A stretch of DNA of 64,000 nucleotides from Trichoplax sp. H2 (lineage: Eukaryota): the NCBI GenBank assembly GCA_003344405.1, contig NOWV01000022.1, forward strand, positions 682,001 to 746,000, in the 5' to 3' direction. How positions within the stretch are numbered: the first letter of the stretch is position 1; every line of letters starts with the position of its first letter. The notes beneath the pieces were generated by a model. The model was not told the DNA's origin. It worked only from the letters and a program-made list of their open reading frames with translations, and ran no database searches. Shown in pieces: positions 27,145 through 41,062 of this stretch. Both the position numbers and the translations under genes were made by a program.

Positions 27145-27500
27145 TGTACTGTACAGTGAGTGTACACTCAGTCACTACGGTACTGTACATTGAGCATGCC
27201 TAGTTTTAACTTCTACTTACAGTACCAAGTCGATTTGCTACAGTACCAACCTCAACGACGTGTCAGTTTTTCAGTGGCTAGCTTGTCCGGTCTCTTTCTG
27301 TTTAGTACTGTACACTGTATAGTAGACGACAGACCAGACTAACTTACAGTACTGTACAGTACAGTATTGTATGTATTGTACTGTACACTGTACTGTAGAC
27401 AAGACTATCAAGACCTCCAAACTTGAATTGTAACTGTACTAATACTGTTCATGACAGTAGTGTACGGACAGTAGTATGGACATATTGCTTACTGTACTGT
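27145..27500. repeat. (TACTG/CAGTA)n degenerate pentamer patch in the Bfr1-like/RIOK3 divergent region
   Basis: For example CAGTACTGTACAGTACAGTATTGTATGTATTGTACTGTACACTGTACTGTA at ~27347-27398; further copies at 27145-27190, 27300-27320, 27490-27500 and 28336-28353. Confidence 0.85.
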
Positions 27501-28661
27501 AGTTTTGGAAATAACGGTTTGCCTTGAAACATCATTTACCAAAAAATTGACGTTGTACAGTAATTCTGACAACGGATCCTTGTAGATCAACTCATTCTCT
27601 TTATCGACTGATATAAAATGTGTTATAAGATCGCCCAATTCTTATGCATTCACTTTCACTAAAATCCTACATATGAGCCCGTCCTCCCTCACACTGTACA
27701 GACTGTGTAGTCAATTCGCTGTACAGTACAGTGACAAGACTACAACAGTCCAGTATTGTACACTACTACAGAATAGCCCGACCCGGCCTAGGACTCGAAG
27801 GTGGACACTCCTTTGAACGGACAGGCATTTGGCCAACTTGGGTTAACAAATTGTGTCAAACACTTGGTATGCAGACAGTCGATTCTAGATTGACTGATTT
27901 TTTCGAAATGAATGAATATTACATTGTACTCCATTGGCTGTTACTAAGCTTTGCTTGCAGCAGTCACTTTAGGTCATTCATCTTCTTCAAATTAATACCA
28001 GTGATTTACAAAACAGACTGGGAAAATCCATACTGAGTCAGTATTTTGGGACATTTACGGTCTGAAATGGTATGAAAAGTCCGTCCATCTGCGGATAGTG
28101 TCCACTGTAGACTCTCTTATGAAAGGGTCTCTAGTCTCCACTATCCACTAGTCCACTCACTGTCCAGTGTCCGGTCCAGTCCAGTCGTAAGAGAGTGAGC
28201 GTGCGCAAATGACGTTTATTGATATCATGAAATAAATCAATCATGACATCACCGATGATGGATCACTTTTTGCTGATGCAACAAAATTTGGCAGCTATCT
28301 GTCAGTCTGTATCACTGACACTACCCCAGTAACTGAGTACAGTACTGTACTGTAATAATGGTACGCTGACTGACGGTCTGGTCCGGTCCGGTCCGGACCA
28401 GATGATACTGTAAGCTTGGCTTCAAAGAAATTTCTGCCCAGTCAACACTTTTTCAATGAATGTAGACGACGATGGGCTCTTTGGACGACAGTGTTATGAC
28501 TGTACGCCTGTCTACTGTATGATACACAGTAATGAGGAATGATCGCTTTGCTAGCCTTTGCTACTCTCTATAAGTACTCTTAGTATGCAAGACCAAAGGG
28601 CATTTCCTAAACTTTCTGGTCTCTCTTACCATCCTTTGCCGAGTGGAGAATAATTTGACCA

Positions 28662-31600
28662 ATGGCAGCAAATGATGCCGTTAAGAATCCTTGGTTTAAA
28701 AACCAACCTTTACCAAGCCCCTCACAAGACTGTTCATTACAAAATGTGATGGATGAAGAGCTAGCTAGAGTATTACAACGAGGGGAAGATAATCCAATCC
28801 AATTTCAACATGGAACCATCAATCTTGTCGACCAAGTCAATCCTACTTGTGAGAGTGATCATATTTTAGCCCAGATGCTACAAAATCAGTACGATTTCGA
28901 ATATGATCAAAGTTTAGAGCTAGAGGAAAGAAAGATGAATGGAAATAATGGAAAAGGTAAGTCAAGAGTGATAGACCAGTGGAAAATTGCATACGACTGT
29001 CTTGATAGGATATACTGACTGTACACTGTACAGTATCAGTATTGGGAACGGCCCCCCCTGTACTGTACAGTATATATATATACTGTATATACAGTATGAC
29101 ATAAACACTCTATACTGTACTGTACAACAGTTTTAAAAGCAGTCTGACATCCTACTTTAATGATAACAATCTAAATACAAGAAGGAGAACGATTCTCCTT
29201 CATCGTAGCTTTATCCAAATACTTTACAGATGTGAAACTGTTACTCTATTCTAGGATGGTAGAAATAGGCAGTTTACATTGATAACATGAACTGCTACTT
29301 TAATGATAACAATCTAAATACTGTACTGTGTTTGGTCAAAAAAATTGCGTTGTTAGAAACTAGCGTTTTTACTATATAGACCCTGATTATATCGATGATT
29401 GTCACACGTTGTACAGTATTCTAAGGCTAAGACTATTCTTTCAAAACCTTTTATTAATCATACTTCAACTTACTTATCATAACTTGTCAGTAAAGGTATG
29501 CGTTTTAAATTGTTTTCATAATTTATCTTACCATAGTTACCATATCATATGATAACTATCGCTGTATGCATCCTCTGGATAAGGAATATTACTGTGATGC
29601 TGGCCTAATAGTAGGTAAGACAACGATAGTATTGATAGCAAAAGAATGAACTAACAATCGCAATTGTTATTTTGCGTATTTCCTTTAATAAAAAAAAAAC
29701 CTTCCATGTTAGTAGTCTATTAGCTTTAAAACGTCTACTGGTTTAAGTTAAATACTATACCCATGCAGTATATGCGAGTTCGGTTATAACTCCAAAATGC
29801 ATATCATAATCTGTATTTTAATGATGTATGCTATTAAACCTATTTTACGACTTGTTATTGTATTTGTAAATACGCGTATAATATCGTATCCATTTACGTG
29901 AATATCAAATAAAAGTTAAAAGTACAGTAGAACTACACGTGAATAGGCTTATTCGATTGTCACAATTGAGTAGTACTCTTTATGGTTGTATTTCATATGC
30001 TTACATATTTCTATCGGTAGCATAAAGTGACTTTTTCGGTGATCCCTATCTTTGCTAGATACCACTGCTACTGATGAAACGTACAACGATAACGAGGACA
30101 AGACTGATACAAAGCTGCCAAAAAAGAATACAATCACAACCAAGCATGACTACGATATCTGCTGTCGGAAGAATACTAAAAGCATGGAAAGTAAAGTAAG
30201 TTTCGAATCGATTCATGTACAGTCGATACTGTACTATGCTTTCGTTGTTTTCTATGCTATTGAAATTTATAAAAGTACACTACAAGTAAGCGTAAAATAT
30301 TAAATTAAAGTTTTCCTAATAACATAAGGATGTTTTTAGAGTACCCTAGATGGAAATTTTTGTAACCTATAGCAAACATACGGTCGATCACTCTAAAATT
30401 TAAAAATGCTCTCAAAATAGTGAAATCGCTTAAAGTATTTGGATGTCGCTTTTCGTACTTTAAAAGCATTAATACAATAATTTATTAATGAATATCCTGT
30501 ATCAAGGTTCAAGCTAATTTTATATGTGTTCGTATTTTTCGTCTACAGTTTCCTCCAAATTTTCGATGCGGTGATTTAAATGATGCATCAACTGAAGTCA
30601 AGATACCTAATCATGTCTACAACTCCTTAAAACAACATTCATTCCGTGAAGATCGTCAAAGTCATCGACTTCATGAAAAGAAGGAACATTCAACTCATGT
30701 AAGATAAGGAAAATTAATTACATAATTGTATGCAAATGGAACATAATAAAAGCATAGCAGCGAATCATGTATATTAGTCCATTGGTAACACTTGATTCAA
30801 AATTTAATAGGAGCAAGCACTAGACGAAAAAACCCGTTTACTAATATACAAGTTAGTTAATAATGGTACTTTGGAGAATGTTGGAGGATGTTTTAGCACT
30901 GGTAAAGAAGCTTGCGTATTTTATGCAACGGGAGGACAGTAAGTGAATCCGGGGTTTACAGTTTAGATATATACGCTTTCTTGAAAGATTGATTTTATCA
31001 TACTGATAAATTTTTGAACGAATTCTTAGATCTTATCAATTCATGCTTATTGATAACTTGTTAAAATTGAATTGTTGACAGACTTGAAAAGATAGATCTG
31101 CCCGCCGAATGTGCCATCAAAGTATATAAGACAACGTTAAACGAATTCAAGAATCGCGACGAATACATTAAAGATGATTACAGATTTAAGGATAGATTTA
31201 GTAAACAAAATCCTCGGAAAATTGTTCGGTTATGGGCAGAGAAAGAAACACATAATTTACACAGGTTAGTTGAACGATCAAAAGTTTATGTATAAGACGG
31301 AATGATTATGCTAGATTAAATAGTTTTTGTTACTGATCAACTATTTGTAGACTACAAGCAGCTTCCATCCATTGCCCTCAACCACTTTTGCTACGAAAGC
31401 ACGTATTAGTAATGAGTTTCATTGGTCTTAATCAGAAACCTGCGCCGAAGTTGAAAGACGCTAAATTGTCTTACTCCGATATCACTGCCGCTTACAACCA
31501 GTGCTTGCAGGTAAAAGTGCTTAAAATTATTAACTTCGTTTCTGCAGCTACCTGTAATCGCTACGTGTAGACTTCAGTTTGTGGGTTATATTTCACTATT

Positions 31601-32253
31601 TTTGTAGATATAACAGACTCTGCTGTAAAACGTATATATAATTTCTTAGTATTAAGTGGTCGATCATTCGGTAGAATAATTCAATTCCATAATGAGTATT
31701 TATAATAAGTTAATACATTGACAAGTTTTCCCAATTAGTGTCTAGATTTAATCATAGTATCTTTGTGTTAATGTCTTTTTTAATATTTAGGCAATGAAAA
31801 CCATGTATCACAAGGCAAAGTTAATTCATGCCGATCTAAGCGAATATAATATTCTATGGCACGAAAGTAAAATTTGGATTATTGACGTCAGTCAAGCCGT
31901 TGATAGGTCTCATCCTAAATGGGCAGAATTCTTGCTCCGGGATTGTAGAAATATTTCCCGATTTTTTGAGCAACGACTAACAAATGATGTCAAAACTCCT
32001 ATGGAGATTTTTAATTTCGTTACGGAATTGAATATTTCTGCTAACAGCGAAGAAGAATTTTTACAGATGGTTAGAACACTTGAATATATATCCTCCTAAT
32101 AGCCTCTTATTTTGTACCATTAGTTTCATTCATTAATATAATTAATTTCTCCCTCTGTAGGTTTATATCCAGACGTCAAATGCCGAAGATATTGATATTT
32201 TTAAATTGCAGGAGATGAGACAAAATGTAGATCACGAGGAAACTCAATCATAA
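28662..32253 (+). CDS. RIOK3: Serine/threonine kinase RIO3; exons 28662-28956, 29537-29614, 30059-30195, 30549-30698, 30811-30938, 31082-31264, 31351-31510, 31791-32069, 32161-32253
   Basis: RIO domain motifs STGKEACVFYA, AIKVYKTTLNEFKNRDEYIKDDYRFK, HADLSEYNILW and IDVSQAV. RIO3-type N-terminus SLQNVMDEELARVLQ / SDHILAQMLQ / TKHD / RLHEKKEHST. In-phase GT-AG introns. Confidence 0.96.
29152..29321. repeat. 27-bp perfect direct repeat flanking a 116-bp segment in RIOK3 intron 1
   Basis: CTACTTTAATGATAACAATCTAAATAC at 29152-29178 and 29295-29321. Internal hairpin GAAGGAGAA-CGA-TTCTCCTTC. Confidence 0.9.
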
Positions 32254-32681
32254 TTTAGTCTCTTGCTATTATTCCGTAAACAACGATTAACTTATATGTC
32301 TGTATAAAACCTGTAAAAATAATATTCAATACAAGAATTTCGGTTTTCTGTTTGTATACTGAAGTAACGTATAACCATGTACTTTTCAAAATGATTGTCA
32401 AGTATCAGCTCATTTTGGTGAGCATTTAGAGAATAAATTTTATCTGTATACTTTCGCCTTATGTAATACGATTTTAGTGACATCGAGCTAATATCAAGTG
32501 AATGTATTCAATTTTAGTAACGTATCAGAAACTCGAAAAGGCAAACAAATTAAAGACTATAAATTTTATTTCTTGCTAAATATCAAGTACATACATGCCC
32601 AAATTGCAGCTTTATAACTACAAATCTACAATTACACCATGATAAAATTAAAATTGACTACTGCAAAATCAAGTAATTATC

Positions 32682-35600
32682 TTAGTATTTTGGCATGCCG
32701 GCTACAATGCTGGATTCAATTCCGCATTCGTCCTTGCCTCGGATGATCTTAAAGTACCCTTTAATAATAAGTTAAAAGAAATATTTCAATGAAACGGAAC
32801 TACATATTGTTAAAATTAAACAAAATAACAAATTAAATATACCTTTATCTCCCCATGTTGGATTCCAAGAGTTAGCAATAAGCCTATACAAGATATAATT
32901 TAAGGAGTAAAATATTTGATACTGTAAAATTTTGTAAATTCTATTACCAATAAAAGTATTTTAACACTGGGAACATGGGTAAGGATAGTATGATAGAAAA
33001 TAATTTACCAGTAAGGAGTATTATTTTCAGTACCCCATCCAAGGATTTTTACAGCATGGCCACCTAATGGACCACCGGTGGTATGCTGATAAACACCTAT
33101 CATGATAACATTGTAATAGGAAGATGAAACTTACTACTGTCTAAGATCTAAGCTTTAAGTAGGCTAGTATCATAGAATAAATTTTAAGATTTAAATTAAA
33201 AGGTAGTAACTAACCGCTCTTGTAACTTGGGAAGTCTGCGTAGACGGTAAATGCAGCTTCAACTGGACCGTTCATCATGATTTCTTTCTGAATTTGCTGA
33301 ATATTGTTAGTGATAGAATAGGATTTCTTACCAAAGTGTTTGTCCTGATTAAAGGTCTTATTATAGCCGGGTTGGCATTTTTGTGAGCATTTTGGAGTTG
33401 GCAATTCTTTTCCACATGCCTTAAATGGGCCTTTTACGTGATGTTCGCATTTGGGAATTTCATATGGTTGGCAGCCTTTGTGACTGTGGTACTGACCACC
33501 AGTAACGATACCATTGTTAACCCAGTAATGCCTGTATGATGAATGCGTAGTAATAGAACCGATGTAGATAAAATTCAGTTCAAGTCTTTTAAAGTAAATT
33601 TACTATCTTGCCATTATAGCATTAAATACTTGCAGATTCTAGAGTCTATGTTGTACAATTATAATTATTCACTCTATTTCTGAAAAATCGATAAAAAGCT
33701 ATCAAGCGTGTGCGAAACTTACCAAGCTTGAGGAAGGAAACCACCGTTACATCTAGAGAAATAAAATGACGTTATCATATATATACTCGTATAAACACAT
33801 AAAACTGGGACATGATAACAATTTTGAAGGGTAATATGATCATTAAAAGTATCCATAAGAAACAGTTAGTAATTTAGAAAGAAGAATAGGATGTAATATA
33901 CGATATTATGAATAAATTGTAAATACTTGCTAAATGTTACTATTGTTGATTCCTGTAGAATTACATCGGGTCATAAATTATCTGGCTTTAATGGGTACAT
34001 AAATAGCGTAACAATAGTGATCTTTTCCCAGTGATACATGCAAGACAAGCACTGCAATGTGTAAATATAAAATTGAGTTGTGATGGCCGTAAGTTCTACA
34101 CGAAGATGTAACGCTACCACGAATCAAAATACAGAGTAGAAAAGTCTTATTCGTAAAGGACGAAATAATATTTCCCCTCGCCAAGAAATACTTGTACTAT
34201 ACAATGATGACTTTTGTCTCTGTAAAATTGTAATTATGGTTTTGCTGGTACCGAAAATATCAATATATGACTGCATAACTAGATAAGATAGTTTATATTA
34301 TTGGTCATAAAATAGTTAATAAACAATCATCATTCAGTTCATTAACATTGTTAATACGTAATATGATATGAAAAAGTAACTTTCAAAGTTCGACATATAG
34401 CTGGGCAATTGTGGGTAGGTTGCAACAGTCGTGTTATTTATGAGTTGATACATGTAATACAACAAGGAAAAATTAAAGTGCATAACCGCATATGTTACGA
34501 AAGATATTTCATCGAAGTGTATAAAAACTGATTGCCAGTAATTAATGAATTATCAAATTAACTTGAGAGACAATAGTTATAAATCGAAGCACTTAAATGT
34601 AATTGTTTTTGGAAAGTGATTAAGATTGCTGACATAAATTAGGAATATTGAAGGGATTCTTATAGTTGAAGGATATATCGTAGGGAAAGGGCATGGTTAC
34701 CCACTATATTATACTGTAAGATGAGTATTGTAATATAGCTAGTTAATAGTAGGAAATTTAGAAGTCGTTTAAATTGAAGTGCTACGCTTATCCGATACAA
34801 ATGTTAGGTTACGAACATATTTTAACTTACCCCATACCGCAGCTGGTGCAACAGGTCATTAAATCTTCAGCGGAAATATGTACTTTAACTTTTCCATTAG
34901 AGTGGATACAGATTCGGTCAGTGATGGATTCAACAGCACCAAAAGACTATATGTTGAAATGGTAAGACTCATATTATTATACTGTACTGGTATAATCATT
35001 GAACTCAACAACCTTTAATACGCCTATATACAGTATATACATATTGTAGCTATGCTGCTAAAATGATTATCTGCAGGTAGTTAGATCACACCTTAACAAG
35101 TAGTTATAATTAATCATAAACAAAAAACTCAATTTTCGAAAAAATTGACCTTGCTTCCTTTTGTCATATAACGGCAGAACTGTACAGTATCACTAATATA
35201 ACAGATAACCGAAAAATCCTAGAAAATTTTCAGTCGCTCTAAATATTTCTTAAAATTTATGAATGCTACAGTCTATGGTCATGGAAACTACCACTGTATA
35301 TGATGTACAATGCACACAAACGAAAATAAAAAGAAAGAAAGGATCGCATTTACGTGTAATGACTCTTTTTTCTTATTCTTCTACGTCGATAGCTCTCAGA
35401 TACTAAACATAGAGTATTTCCGTAAAGATAGCAATGTTACTGATACTATTTACCACAATCTCTAAAATCGGCTTGTGATAGATAAAAGTTATTTACGCGT
35501 TAGACTACAGTATTTAGTTCAATAGGATTCTAGAATACGGTTTCAGGTGTTACTTCCAATTCAGGTTTTCCGATATCCATAAGAAAAATTTTGCAAAAGA

Positions 35601-36480
35601 GTGTGCACTGCACGGACAACAATAAAAATGACGAAACTAAGGATGGAAAAGGTTTCAGTAATGATGATATTGCAACACTTTAAATATTCTACTTCGATGC
35701 TATTGGCGTAAAGATATCTCATTTTCTCGAAAGTGGCATGATACAGCATTGTTGTATCACTTGTATGCTGTTCATTACTCGGCCATGAAGAAAAGAACTT
35801 TTTCAACGTTCTAATTTACATAATTTACTTATTTGCTCCAAAGTATAAAAAGCTATGATTGTAGCGCTTGAACTGTATACAGAGATCTTCATGTCTGTAT
35901 ATTTAATGCATGGCACAGATTTGAAAAGAATACTATAAGAAAAAAATCATCATCGTGCTAATATTGGTGAATGCAGAAGTAAAAAGGGTCAAAATGAAGA
36001 GTGGATAGACACCGTCATTTTTTGTTTGTACAGTGATGTAGCGTTTACATGACGTCCCTATCGATCCTTTGATATGGTCTATTTGTAATCATATTGACAG
36101 CTGCAATATTCGCTAGTCAAAGAAACGACAATAGATTGAAGACTTACCCAACAGCTACCACAAGAACCTTGGTCTCGAATCTCCCTGATACTAGGGCACA
36201 TTCTCCATTTGTCTCGTGAATCGAAGGATTTTGGTAAATCGCTGGTGTCTTCATGGACGTGGATAGGGAGTTGAAAGTGGTTAGGATCTTCCAAAGCACC
36301 ACATAAGTACTTGACATAAGATACTGGTAAACCAGCAAAATTGGTACCAGCTTTCCAGCTTGTACTCACTAGATTGACATAGTCGATCAAATCTTGCGAC
36401 AAGGGTTGATGATTGGGAAAGTAAGCGCCTTGTGCGCTGAAAACTGCAAACAAGGTGATGACGATTAGACTTGCCTTCAT
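32682..36480 (-). CDS. CTSB: Cathepsin B preproenzyme; exons 36480-36148, 34946-34831, 33752-33723, 33531-33215, 33096-33009, 32883-32843, 32758-32682
   Basis: Signal peptide; [11 protein letters not shown]; active site QGSCGSCW; occluding loop CEHHVKG (His-His, diagnostic of cathepsin B); [27 protein letters not shown]...ECGIES. Phases consistent. Confidence 0.97.
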
Positions 36481-36722
36481 GTTGTTCTAGCAACGGTCAG
36501 GATAGACTGTAATGATGAAGAGGCGAAAGTCGATTTTTGTTGCCTTTGGCCTTACTTTGGTAGTATGGTATGGAACTGTGTGCAGTGCAGTAAATAATGT
36601 CACTTACATAGTTGATTTTAATTTGGTAACACTAGGGATTCCTCTATGCCATTTTGTAGTTTTTTGACTGTATACTACTGCTATAGTGACATCACTTTTG
36701 CTCGAATACCGTGCTTATGATA

Positions 36723-36732
36723 GTCATGTGAC
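36723..36732. promoter_or_regulatory. CLEAR/M-box-like E-box (GTCATGTGAC) ~250 bp upstream of the cathepsin B ATG
   Basis: One mismatch from the CLEAR consensus GTCACGTGAC, and contains the MiT/TFE M-box core TCATGTG. It lies in the CTSB/TRMT11 divergent region. Function is inferred only. Confidence 0.4.
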
Positions 36733-37356
36733 TGACTGATCGGACATACTGTAGTATGGACTAGAAATTGCTAGCGTAGTCCATGATTCATAGTCGTAAT
36801 TTATCGAAGAGCTTTTAACCTTTCACTAGAATGGACTGTACTTCTAGTACTAAAAGTGTACATTGTCTCGAGAATATCCTGCTAGTATCTTGATCTTGAT
36901 AACATCTTAATAGTACAGTATCAAGACTACACTGGATATTATTATCATGATAATATTATGTCAAATCTGATAGTTGACACCTCTACTACTACTAGCAGAT
37001 CATTTGCATGGCAGTCTACAGTCTAGTGTCTACGATTGCATGCCAGTAGTATGTAGCTGATTGCTAAATGATCATATTGCGTTCCTCTCTCTTTCTTTTT
37101 GACAGTTCAAAATCGAGTACAATCATAATATACACATTAAGTCTATTAATAATATACAAACTAAACTGTTATTACTAATTACTGACGCAGTGGTGTGCCA
37201 GCATGGACTACCAGATGTATCTCCCAGTTAAAGTAGTAGTTATGAGTACACTACAGGACAGACGGATAGAAGTCTAAGGGGTCCGGTGGTCCATCTGACT
37301 GAATCTTGATGTGGTCAGTTATTGCGAAGGGATACTTGGATGGCAGCCTTTTGCAG

Positions 37357-40300
37357 ATGGAGAGATTGAAGGTTTTCCGATATTTGTGTTACTATGCACA
37401 AGAAAATGTCAATTTTCGATTAGCTGTAAGTTCATTGAGGTTGTAGAAAGACGTATCTACAAGCTGCAGAATGGAGTACTGGAATATAGTAGCTCTTCAA
37501 TGTTATAATATTATACCATGATTGTACTAGCCTTTGTACCTCCATGGTGTAATTATTGTATCCTTTAGCTCATCACTAATATTCTTACTTACCTCTATGT
37601 TACCAATCATACTGCAAATTGAAAACTAGAAACAGGTTTATGTTACGTCAATGATAATATAATACCGCATGGATATACTGTACTGTACGTTAATAGTGCA
37701 ACAATTTTAAACTTATCAAATGATTAATGACAATATACGTATAATGCACCTTACGTCAAGAATTGTCTAAATAGCCCCCAAAGATGCTATCGTAAAGTAG
37801 CTATTTTTCGCTAAAATTAACGTAATTAATATAAATTAATTAACTGTTACGTTACCTTAAAATAAAATCAATGTTTCATTGCATGTATATATACGAGTAT
37901 AATCATTTACTAAACACATATTTAAATATTGTTTAGGAATTATACTCCATCGCAAAACTGTTAAATGTCGATTTACGTGTGGACACTGCTAATTATTCAG
38001 ATCAGGTAACGCAAAATAGCAATTTAAATTCTGTAAAACTATATAAAACTAGATTTAGTAATGATTGGGTAAATCTTAGTAAAGCAACCTTGAGATGTAA
38101 TTTATGAGGCAAATTTAGTTATATAGACTAACTAATAAATGTAACAGATGTAATCCATGATGTACAAGTCGTATACTTAAAAGCATGATGAACAATATTT
38201 GATACTTATGAGTATATCATTCATGATAAAAGACTGCAAGTATTGTTAAATATTACGTGCTGGATGTTTAAATTCGATCCGGTAAATTATAATATTAGCA
38301 ATTGCTAGTATATAACAAATTAAGAACCTGTTATAAAAATAAATATCATTACCCATAATAGTATACTACTTTATCTCAATGCAAATGAATGACATCTTTG
38401 GCAATACTGTTTTTGTTGTAAACTGTAATTCCTTTGCTCATCTAGAATCCTTTTGTTCGCATTGGTCTGCCTGATGAAGAGTCCGCTGTCAAAATTTTAA
38501 GTAGATCAGTCTTAATAAGGTAAAATTAGCATCAATAAGAGTTCTCTCTCGAAGTTGCTTGTATGTAAAGCGTTCATCAATAATATCATTTAGCAGTAGT
38601 ATCTTTTCTGCAATTACACTGTGAAAAGTAAAAAATAATCCACGCTCTAATATTTACACTTAGTTACTCATAATATTTCTTTATAATGAATTAGATCAAT
38701 TATCGATGTGTGGGCGCAAAGCACTACGTATACAGATTTATTTACTCAATTAAAAAATTTATCCGAAGAGAAGCTGGTAAGAAAAATTTGTTGGAACATA
38801 TCTTTAGCGCGTATAAAATCACATACCTTCCATTTGGCTTTTTTCTACAGCGATAATAGTGCTATATCTACCTTAATGTATTCATCGATATTCGCTAGAA
38901 AATGAATAGAAAGCCTTAAATTGATAACCACTTTATACACTTTGTAATTTTATAAGAAATATCTTTGTATAACTAACAACGATATCACGATTAGATACTT
39001 TATCTATCAAATGCAATTTTTACTCTTTTAATGCAAATTTTTTTGTATTGTCTTTATGTAATATGATCAGACGCGGTTCTATAAGGACGATTACACCTTT
39101 AGTATCAGGATAGAATCATTTAATAAGAAAGTTCCTTTTTCCCAGCAAAAGGACTTACTTATGGTATAATATAATTTAATGTGCATAACCACATTCATTT
39201 AGACTTTTAGAGTATAGCTATTTATTTAATAATTCATCAAAATTGATGAAGCAATTAATTAATAATTTATGTGAATATTTACTTTCAATCTGCAGAAACT
39301 AGATTTTTTGCCATTTGGTGGTTCTGTGAAGCTAAAACAGCCTGACTTTACCTTTTATTTATTGCAAGATTTTGGAGATGACTGTAATCAGCCACGAGAA
39401 CAGCCTTCTAGATTATTTTTTGGTCGTTTAGTAAGTATTGTTGTCTTTACAACATTATCGTAATTTATTCTTAATGAATGATATTAGATTAATAATACGC
39501 GTGGAATACTACTTCGGTTTAGAATACATTTTACGACATGTATTATATTCTAGCAATGCGTGATGTTCATAGCAAAATTCTTTTGACAATGCAGATTGGT
39601 TTCGGCCAACGAGATATACTACGAAACTATAAAGTTACTGAAAGAAAATATATTGGTAACACATCTATGTCTGCAGAATTATGCTTCCTTATGGCGAATC
39701 AAGCTTTGGCAAGTATTATTAAAATCACGTTTTGAAATTACTACACTGTCCTATCAGTCACTAACTACTGCAAGTAAATAACTTAGGTTCGCCCAGGATC
39801 CCTAATATATGATCCTTTTGTTGGGACTGGTAAGGGCCTACGCTTTATTGCTTATCTTTCAATATGTCTGTATCAATAGTTTAATACCTGTAATAATTTA
39901 GCTCTCTATTACCAATCAGATAATGCAATCCGCATACTTGTGTATTTTTAAATTATTATGAAATACTTCAGCTTATAATAGTGCTCTTTATTAGGTAGCA
40001 TAACTTTAGCTTGTGCTCATTTTGGTGCTTTTACACTTGGTGCTGATATTGATCCCAATATACTTCACGGGAGAGGTCGTTCATCAAGAGCTAAAGGACC
40101 GAAGTTTAGAGGTATCAATCCATGTATTACATCGCATCACTGTTAATATTTAATAACTTCCCTTTAAAGCTTATTTGATGACTTTTATATAATTCTTTAG
40201 GACCGGATGAGAACGTCTATGCGAACTATTGCCAATATAAACTACAGTCAAATTTTGTAGATGTTATGGTTTTAGATGCAGCCAAACCAGCATGGAAAGA

Positions 40301-41062
40301 TGGTTTGCACTTCGATGCCATTGTGACTGATCGTAAGGATTTTTAGTACTCTGGTATTTTATCTTAACAGTAAATTTAAATGTAAACTAAAAAATCACTT
40401 TTAATTTCTGATAGCTCCGTATGGAATCAGAGAAGGAGCGCGGAAAGTCCTATCCAAGAGTGATGGGTACTATGAGAATGACTATAAAAATAATACTATT
40501 CAACCAAGAATCGACTTATAAAATACACTATTTTAATTATTTATTATAGTGCTTTTGCAAAGACTAGTCAATACAATTTATCGAAAGTTTATAAAGATTT
40601 ATTATCTTTTGCTGCCAAACATTTACGAATGTACGGACGGCTGGTTTTTTGGTTACCGTTCCATCGACCTAGGTACTTATATATCTTTACCGTCACAATT
40701 TTCTATACTTAAATATTATCTGAAACAGTATACCTCTGTATACTGGATGTAGCTACACCGATGAATTGATCCCTAAACATCCCTGTCTGACTGTTACGTC
40801 CAACTCCGAGCAAGTTTTAAATTCCAATATTGCTCGACGACTAATAACGATGGAAAAAACAAAAACCTTCCATAATGTTAGGATCTGACTACTATTCTTT
40901 GAAAAACGCATATTACTGATATTACATGTAGATATTGCATGAAAGATTATGACTTGTTATACCTATTTTTGACATATCTAGGACTCAATTACCGATCATA
41001 CGGAAGCAAATTTGCAAAGGCTTCAAGATTCTTTTAGGGATTTTTATTTTAAATTACAATAA
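37357..41062 (+). CDS. TRMT11: tRNA (guanine(10)-N2)-methyltransferase TRMT11; exons 37357-37425, 37937-38005, 38446-38519, 38695-38776, 39071-39163, 39296-39430, 39595-39708, 39787-39829, 39995-40111, 40201-40332, 40415-40466, 40550-40672, 40753-40876, 40982-41062
   Basis: RYLCYYAQENVNFRLAEL; RKYIGNTSMSAEL; SAM-binding YDPFVGTGS; FDAIVTDPPYGIRE; GRLVFWLP; RRLITMEK. Intron 7 requires a GC donor. Confidence 0.95.
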
